Source: an uncultured bacterium
GTDB taxonomy: Bacteria > Krumholzibacteriota > Krumholzibacteriia > Krumholzibacteriales > Krumholzibacteriaceae
DNA length: 64,000 bases
Direction: 5' to 3'
Assembly: GCA_963813815.1 (NCBI GenBank)
Contig: CAWFAD010000005.1
Location: 32,001 to 96,000 of the forward strand
A model generated the notes under the pieces. That model did not search any database, was not told the origin of the DNA, and saw only the letters and a list, made by a program, of their open reading frames with translations. Both the position numbers and the translations under genes were made by a program. Below, one piece after another: positions 58,888-64,000 of the stretch (its first letter is position 1; the number at the start of each line of letters is the position of its first letter).

Positions 58888-60189
58888 CTATTTTCGGACG
58901 GTCGAAAAGTTTGTGGACCTGAGGATCGTCTCGTCGCGGGCGGGCCCCGTCGACACGAAGGTGATGGGAACACCGAGCCCTTCCTCGAGCCGTTCGACGT
59001 AGCGCCGCGCGGCCTCGGGAAGCTCGTCCATCTTGCGGGCGTCGGAGAGATGGTTGTCCCACCCCGGAAGCTCCTCGTAGACCGGCTCGCAGCGCGCGAG
59101 ATCGCCCGAGTTCTGCGGAAAGGCCGCGATCTCCCTGCCGTCGAGACGGTATCGCGTGCATATCTTCACCTTCGAAAAGCCCGAGAGAACGTCGAGCTTC
59201 GTGAGCGCGATCTCGTCGTACCCGTTGAGGGCTACGGAATATTTTCCCGCCACGAGATCGAACCAGCCGCAGCGGCGGGGCCGGCCCGTCGTCGTGCCGT
59301 ATTCCCCTCCCTGCTCGCGGAGGGCGTCTCCGTCGCGGCCGCCGATCTCGGTCGGCATCGGCCCGTTCCCGACCCGGGTGATGTACGCCTTGAAGATGCC
59401 GATGATGCGGGTGATGTCGCGGGGATGAAGCCCCGTGCCGGCCATCGCTCCGCCGATCGCGCAGGAGCTCGACGTCACGAACGGGTAGGTTCCGTGGTCG
59501 ATGTCGAGCAGCGTTCCCTGCGCGCCTTCGAGCAGGATGCGCTTCCCCTGCTCGCGCATCTCGTGCACCGCCGCCTGCGTATCGATGATGAAGGGCTCGA
59601 TGACCTCCTTGATCCCCACGAAATCGCCGGCGATCGACTCGGCCGAGAGCGTCGGCGCGTTGTAGGCGGCGAAGACGCGGTTGTTCCAGTCGACGGTGCG
59701 CTGGATGATCTCGAAGAGATCTCCCTTGTCGAGGAGAAACACTCCCATGCGGAGCCCGTTTCGCATGTACTTGTCCGAGTACGCAGGCCCGATGCCCATA
59801 CCCGTGCTACCGATGCTCGCGCCCTTCCGGTCCGTTTCGAGAACGTTGTCCATGAGCTTGTGGACCGGCGTCACGATGTTCGCCGCCGAGCTGATGAAGA
59901 GGCGTTCCGTCACGTCGATACTGCGAGAGCTGAGCTCGCTGTATTCGGTGAGGAAGGCGAACGGATCGATCACCATGCCGTTCGCGAGAATGCCGATGAC
60001 ATGCGGGTAGAGTAGGCCCGAGGGGATGAGGTGGAACGCGAACTTGCCGAGCTCCGTCACGACCGTGTGCCCCGCGTTCGCCCCGCCCTGAAAGCGCACG
60101 ACGACGTCGTGGCCGCCCATGAGGAAATCGACGACCTTCGCCTTGCCCTCGTCTCCCCACTGACCACCGATGATGACCGTTGCGCTCAT
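58888..60189 (-). CDS. purA: Adenylosuccinate synthetase
   Basis: QWGDEGK, GGANAGHT, EGAQG..DIDHGTYPFVTSS, GTTTGRPRRCGW, TKLDVL. Confidence 0.97.
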   Translation of the reverse strand: MSATVIIGGQWGDEGKAKVVDFLMGGHDVVVRFQGGANAGHTVVTELGKFAFHLIPSGLLYPHVIGILANGMVIDPFAFLTEYSELSSRSIDVTERLFISSAANIVTPVHKLMDNVLETDRKGASIGSTGMGIGPAYSDKYMRNGLRMGVFLLDKGDLFEIIQRTVDWNNRVFAAYNAPTLSAESIAGDFVGIKEVIEPFIIDTQAAVHEMREQGKRILLEGAQGTLLDIDHGTYPFVTSSSCAIGGAMAGTGLHPRDITRIIGIFKAYITRVGNGPMPTEIGGRDGDALREQGGEYGTTTGRPRRCGWFDLVAGKYSVALNGYDEIALTKLDVLSGFSKVKICTRYRLDGREIAAFPQNSGDLARCEPVYEELPGWDNHLSDARKMDELPEAARRYVERLEEGLGVPITFVSTGPARDETILRSTNFSTVRK

Positions 60190-60227
60190 TCGCCTGAAAT
60201 TCCTCTCTCCCGCGAAAGACCGCGAGG

Positions 60228-60256
60228 AGTGTATGGCATGGCCGCCGCACTGGCAA
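60228..60256 (-). promoter_or_regulatory. Putative sigma70 promoter of purA
   Basis: Minus strand TTGCCA-17nt-TACACT. Confidence 0.5.
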
Positions 60257-60274
60257 TCGATTTCTCGGACAAAC

Positions 60275-60298
60275 AAAAACCGCCTCTCATCGAGGCGG
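60275..60298 (-). terminator. Intrinsic terminator after the small CxxCH protein gene
   Basis: CCGCCTC-gatga-GAGGCGG followed by TTTTT on the minus strand. Confidence 0.75.
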
Positions 60299-60332
60299 CC
60301 GAGCGTGCGAGGACCCCGCTTTTACGCGGCGG

Positions 60333-60740
60333 TCAGTCCTCGAAGAGCGATTTCAGGATGCCCCAGGTCGTCTGGTCCAATCCCGCGACCGGCATGCTGA
60401 ACGCATCGCCGGGATTGCTCCGCTGGACGGCTATCTCGGGTATGCCGTCGCCGTTATCGTCTCCGAGCTCGAGACCGTTTTTGAACCCGTCCCTGTCGCT
60501 GTCCTTCGCGGCGAGAGTGGCGTTCCACTTATATGCGTTGCTCTTGAAATCGACGCCGAAGCCGTTGAGATCCTCGCCCGACACCGTCTGGGACGGCGCG
60601 TGGCAGTTGGCGCATTCATACGTGCTGTAGTTGGGGAGCTTTTTCATGTAGTCCTCGCTCCCGACGAGGGCGCCTGCCGCCGCCAAGGCGACTGCGCACA
60701 GCACGCACGTTACCGAGGAAACCTTTCGCCGTGGACGCAC
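60333..60740 (-). CDS. Small secreted mono-heme c (CxxCH) protein with DxDxDG motifs and a C-terminal TWG-x-LK tail
   Basis: GGAGGT RBS + GTG; signal peptide; CANCH; DSDRDG, DDNGDG; ends DQTTWGILKSLFED. Confidence 0.75.
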   Translation of the reverse strand: MRPRRKVSSVTCVLCAVALAAAGALVGSEDYMKKLPNYSTYECANCHAPSQTVSGEDLNGFGVDFKSNAYKWNATLAAKDSDRDGFKNGLELGDDNGDGIPEIAVQRSNPGDAFSMPVAGLDQTTWGILKSLFED

Positions 60741-60764
60741 CCTTACCTCCTGTACCTCTATTTT

Positions 60765-60793
60765 ATTATATTCTCGCCGATTATCGCTGTCAA
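60765..60793 (-). promoter_or_regulatory. Perfect-consensus sigma70 promoter
   Basis: Minus strand TTGACA-17nt-TATAAT, 24 nt upstream of the CxxCH gene start. Confidence 0.8.
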
Positions 60794-60819
60794 GCATTCA
60801 TGGGGGCGAGTGGCGGGGC

Positions 60820-61959
60820 CTACCGAAGGGGCCGGAAAAGAGGCTCCGCCTCGTCATATTCTCTCATGCGCTTTTCCGCGCCCGGGAGATCGGCCTCTAT
60901 CCCCGCCGCGCGCAGGCTCTCGCCGAGAGCGCCGACGAGGCGGATCAGGGTCGACGCGCCGTGCAGCCCGAGAAAGCCCGTGCGGATGATCGAGCCACGA
61001 AGCTTCCCCTGCCCGCCCGCCGCGATGAATCCCCTCCGGGCGAGCGAGCCGAGGATGGTCTCGCTCGAAATCCCCCCGGGGAGCCTCAGCGCTTGCACGG
61101 CGGATGACGGAGAGTCGGGGAACGAAGCCAACCCGAGCGCCCCGCACGCCGAGAGAAACGCTCTCGACGAGCGCTCGTGGCGGGAGCGCACGGCGTCGAA
61201 TCCGAGACGCCGCATCTCCGACAGGGTGCGATGAGCGATCTGCATCGTCTGCACGGCCGGTGTGAACGGCGTCGCGCTCTTCCCCGCTCCCGAGCCGTAC
61301 CGCTCGAGATCGAAATAGTAGAGCCCCCGCCGCGAAGCCCCCGCCCTCGCGCGCGCCCCCATCGCGACGAAGCTCACCCCCGCCGGCGCGGCGAGCGCCT
61401 TTTGCGAAGCGCCGACGACAACGTCGATCCCCCACTCGTCCATCGGCATCTCTTCGGCGATGAAGGAGGACACGGCATCGACGATGACGACCGGGCGGTC
61501 CTCGCCGAGTAGCCGAGCCAGCTCGCGGAGCGGAAAGAGGAGCCCCGTCGACGATTCGACGTGAGTCAGGGCGAGATACCGGGGCCGCTCGCTCCGCACG
61601 CGATCCACGACGGCCTCGACGTCCACCGACGATCCCTCCGACAGGCGCATCGTCGACACGTCGCAATCGTACGCCGCGGCGATCTCCGCCCAGCGGTCGC
61701 CGAACTTGCCGCAGGAGACGACGAGGAGCCTCGCGCCGGGGGCCGTGGCGTTCGCGACGGCGGCCTCCATGGCCCCCGTGCCGGAAGCGGCGATGAAATG
61801 GACGGGATGGCTCGTGCCGAGCGCCTCGCGGACCATGCCCGCCGATTCTTCGACAATGATTTCGAACTCGAGAGATCGGTGATGGAGCTGCGCGATCGAG
61901 GACGACGCGTCCCCGGGGACATCCACCGGCCCGGGGCTCACGAGGATTGGGCGGTCCAC
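60820..61959 (-). CDS. Class V PLP aminotransferase (serine-pyruvate/alanine-glyoxylate type)
   Basis: PGP, HHRS, SGTGAME, HVESSTG, VDAVSS, SQKAL (PLP Lys), TPFTP. Confidence 0.88.
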   Translation of the reverse strand: MDRPILVSPGPVDVPGDASSSIAQLHHRSLEFEIIVEESAGMVREALGTSHPVHFIAASGTGAMEAAVANATAPGARLLVVSCGKFGDRWAEIAAAYDCDVSTMRLSEGSSVDVEAVVDRVRSERPRYLALTHVESSTGLLFPLRELARLLGEDRPVVIVDAVSSFIAEEMPMDEWGIDVVVGASQKALAAPAGVSFVAMGARARAGASRRGLYYFDLERYGSGAGKSATPFTPAVQTMQIAHRTLSEMRRLGFDAVRSRHERSSRAFLSACGALGLASFPDSPSSAVQALRLPGGISSETILGSLARRGFIAAGGQGKLRGSIIRTGFLGLHGASTLIRLVGALGESLRAAGIEADLPGAEKRMREYDEAEPLFRPLR

Positions 61960-61975
61960 CGTCGGCGCCTCCTCC

Positions 61976-62551
61976 CTACACGCGCTCCTCGATCCACTTC
62001 CAGATCTCCTTGGCCCCCTCGCCGGTCTTGGCCGAGAAGAACACGACGGGGGCGCCCCCCGCGACCCGCTCGAGCTCCCGGAGGGAGCTGGCTCGCTCCG
62101 AACGAGAGATCTTGTCGGCCTTCGTGAGCGCCACGCAGACCGGACGCCCCGCGCGCGCGAGAAGCTCCAGCGTGGCGACGTCCTCCTTCGACGGAGGGTG
62201 CCTCGAATCGACGAGCTGCACCACGCCCCGGAGCGCGCTCCGGCGGTTGATGTACCCGTCGATGACCTCCCGCCACTTCTCCCGAAGCTCCACGGATACG
62301 CGGGCGAAGCCGTAGCCGGGAAGATCGACGAGGTAGAACCTGTCGTTCACAGCGAAGAAATTCACCGATCGAGTCTTGCCGGGGTCCTTGCTGATGCGCG
62401 CGATGTTCTTCCGGCCGAGAAGCGTGTTGAGGAGCGACGACTTGCCGACGTTCGACCGTCCCGAAACGGCGACCTCGGCCCACGGGGAGCGCGGGAAGCG
62501 GGCCGGATCGAGCGTCTTGCACGCGATATGGAGCTTGAGGATTTTCACCAT
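61976..62551 (-). CDS. engB: Ribosome biogenesis GTPase YihA/EngB
   Basis: GRSNVGKSS, PGKT, DLPGYG, TKADK, FSA. Confidence 0.95.
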   Translation of the reverse strand: MVKILKLHIACKTLDPARFPRSPWAEVAVSGRSNVGKSSLLNTLLGRKNIARISKDPGKTRSVNFFAVNDRFYLVDLPGYGFARVSVELREKWREVIDGYINRRSALRGVVQLVDSRHPPSKEDVATLELLARAGRPVCVALTKADKISRSERASSLRELERVAGGAPVVFFSAKTGEGAKEIWKWIEERV

Positions 62552-62566
62552 CGTGAGGCGCTCGCC

Positions 62567-64000
62567 TCAGTTCGCCGGCTTGCGCTGCTGGCTTCCGAAA
62601 ATGCCGCCGATCTGCCGGCGATGCTCGATTCCCCAGTCGAGCTTTTTCGCGAGAGCCGTCTCGAGGACTTCGTCCATCGTCTCGACGACCTGAATCTTCA
62701 GGTTCTTCCGGACCTCGTCGGGAAGCTCCTTGATGTTCTTCTCGTTCCCCTTAGGGAGGAGCAGCTTCTTGACGCCCGCCCGAAGCGCGGCGACCGACTT
62801 TTCGTTGATGCCGCCGACCGGAAGCACCTTGCCCCGGAGGGTGACCTCCCCCGTCATCGCCACGTCGCGCCGAACGGGGATGTCGAAGAACGCCGACACG
62901 AGAGCGCTCGCGATGGCGACGCCGGCGCTCGGCCCGTCCTTCGGAATGGCCCCCTCGGGGACGTGAACGTGCACGTCCACCGACGAGAAGAAATCGTTCT
63001 CGAGCGGCAGCAGCCGAGCCTTGTTCCGGGCGAAGCTGAGCGCGATCTTCGCCGATTCCTGCATGACCTCGCCGAGCTGGCCCGTGAGGATGAGGTCCCC
63101 CTTGCCCGGCATGAGCGTCACCTCGATATTGAGAATCTCCCCGCCGACCTCCGTCCACGCGAGACCCGTCGCCACTCCCACCGACTCGACGGCGTCGATC
63201 TCGCTGTCGGAGAACTTCGGCACCCCGAGATAGCTCTCGAGATTGGCCTTGGTGACGCGGATATCGCCGGCCGCCGTCGACGCGGCGAGCTTCCGCGCGA
63301 CCTTGCGGCAGATGCTCGCGAGCTCCCGCTCGAGGTTGCGAACCCCCGCCTCGCGCGTGTAGCGCTGGACGACGTCCTTCATCGTCGCGTTCGAGATGCG
63401 CAGCTGCCCCGGCTTGATGCCGTGCTGCTTCATCTGTTTCGGCAGGAGAAATTTCTGCGCGATGGCGAGCTTCTCGTGGAGAAGATACCCCGGCAGGCGA
63501 ATGACCTCCATGCGGTCCTGCAGCGCGGGCGGGATCGTGTACATGACGTTCGCCGTCGTTATGAAGAGGACCTCGCTCAGGTCGAACTCGACCTCGAGGA
63601 AGTGATCGCTGAAGTGTTTGTTCTGGTCGGGATCGAGCACCTCGAGCAGCGCCGAGGCGGGATCGCCGCGGAAATCGGTGCCGAGCTTGTCGATCTCGTC
63701 GAGAAGGAACACGGGGTTCTTGCTCCCGCCCTTGCGCATCATCTGGATGATGCGGCCGGGAAGGGACCCGATGTAGGTTCGCCGGTGGCCGCGAATCTCC
63801 GCCTCGTCGCGGATGCCGCCGAGGGACACGCGAACGAAGCTCCGGCCGAGCGCGTCGGCGATCGAGCGCCCGAGGGAGGTCTTCCCCACACCCGGCGGCC
63901 CCACGAAGCAGAGGATCGGACCCTTGAGGCTGCCGACGAGCTTCACGACGGCGAGGAACTCGACGATGCGCTCCTTCACCTTCGCGAGCCCGTAATGGTC
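62567..64000 (-). CDS. lon: Lon protease, 5' part outside the window
   Basis: [33 protein letters not shown] (Ser), GGINEK (Lys). Confidence 0.97.
   Translation of the reverse strand, partial: DHYGLAKVKERIVEFLAVVKLVGSLKGPILCFVGPPGVGKTSLGRSIADALGRSFVRVSLGGIRDEAEIRGHRRTYIGSLPGRIIQMMRKGGSKNPVFLLDEIDKLGTDFRGDPASALLEVLDPDQNKHFSDHFLEVEFDLSEVLFITTANVMYTIPPALQDRMEVIRLPGYLLHEKLAIAQKFLLPKQMKQHGIKPGQLRISNATMKDVVQRYTREAGVRNLERELASICRKVARKLAASTAAGDIRVTKANLESYLGVPKFSDSEIDAVESVGVATGLAWTEVGGEILNIEVTLMPGKGDLILTGQLGEVMQESAKIALSFARNKARLLPLENDFFSSVDVHVHVPEGAIPKDGPSAGVAIASALVSAFFDIPVRRDVAMTGEVTLRGKVLPVGGINEKSVAALRAGVKKLLLPKGNEKNIKELPDEVRKNLKIQVVETMDEVLETALAKKLDWGIEHRRQIGGIFGSQQRKPAN

Noticed and set aside
1..64000. 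CRISPR array, IS/transposase, prophage, rRNA, tRNA-Sec
   Set aside because: No regularly spaced repeats, mobile-element motifs or such RNA genes were recognised by eye.

Overview
High-GC bacterial chromosomal window (standard code, TGA normally a stop). It probably comes from an anaerobic diderm; the C-terminal TW[G/S]x[I/L]K tails on secreted proteins suggest a Krumholzibacteria/Latescibacteria-like lineage, which is inference. Contents: the end of a polysaccharide locus; thyX; a complete hdrCBA-mvhDGA-protease-hypABCD hydrogenase/heterodisulfide-reductase operon; signalling and envelope genes; ggt; a transglutaminase-like gene; a radical SAM gene; ychF-archease-rtcB; tdh-kbl-hppA; tRNA-Glu; a dnaE-like/lexA operon; a K+ channel; an RsbU/W/V + ECF sigma/anti-sigma + repeat protein + OM protein + PrsW cluster; tRNA-Lys; purA; engB; and partial lon. 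Most notable: (1) mvhA has an in-frame TGA at the second Cys of the N-terminal RxCGxC motif, followed by a SECIS-like hairpin, implying selenocysteine at a non-canonical (bridging) Ni ligand. (2) A DnaE paralog lacking the polymerase catalytic aspartates but keeping a beta-clamp motif is translationally coupled to lexA behind a promoter containing an SOS-box-like site. (3) A duplicated ECF-type promoter (CGCCAAC-N17-GTAGTT) links the ECF sigma to an uncharacterised 12-aa-repeat protein. (4) Two unrelated secreted proteins share a C-terminal motif that may be a sorting signal. No CRISPR array, integrase or transposase was seen.
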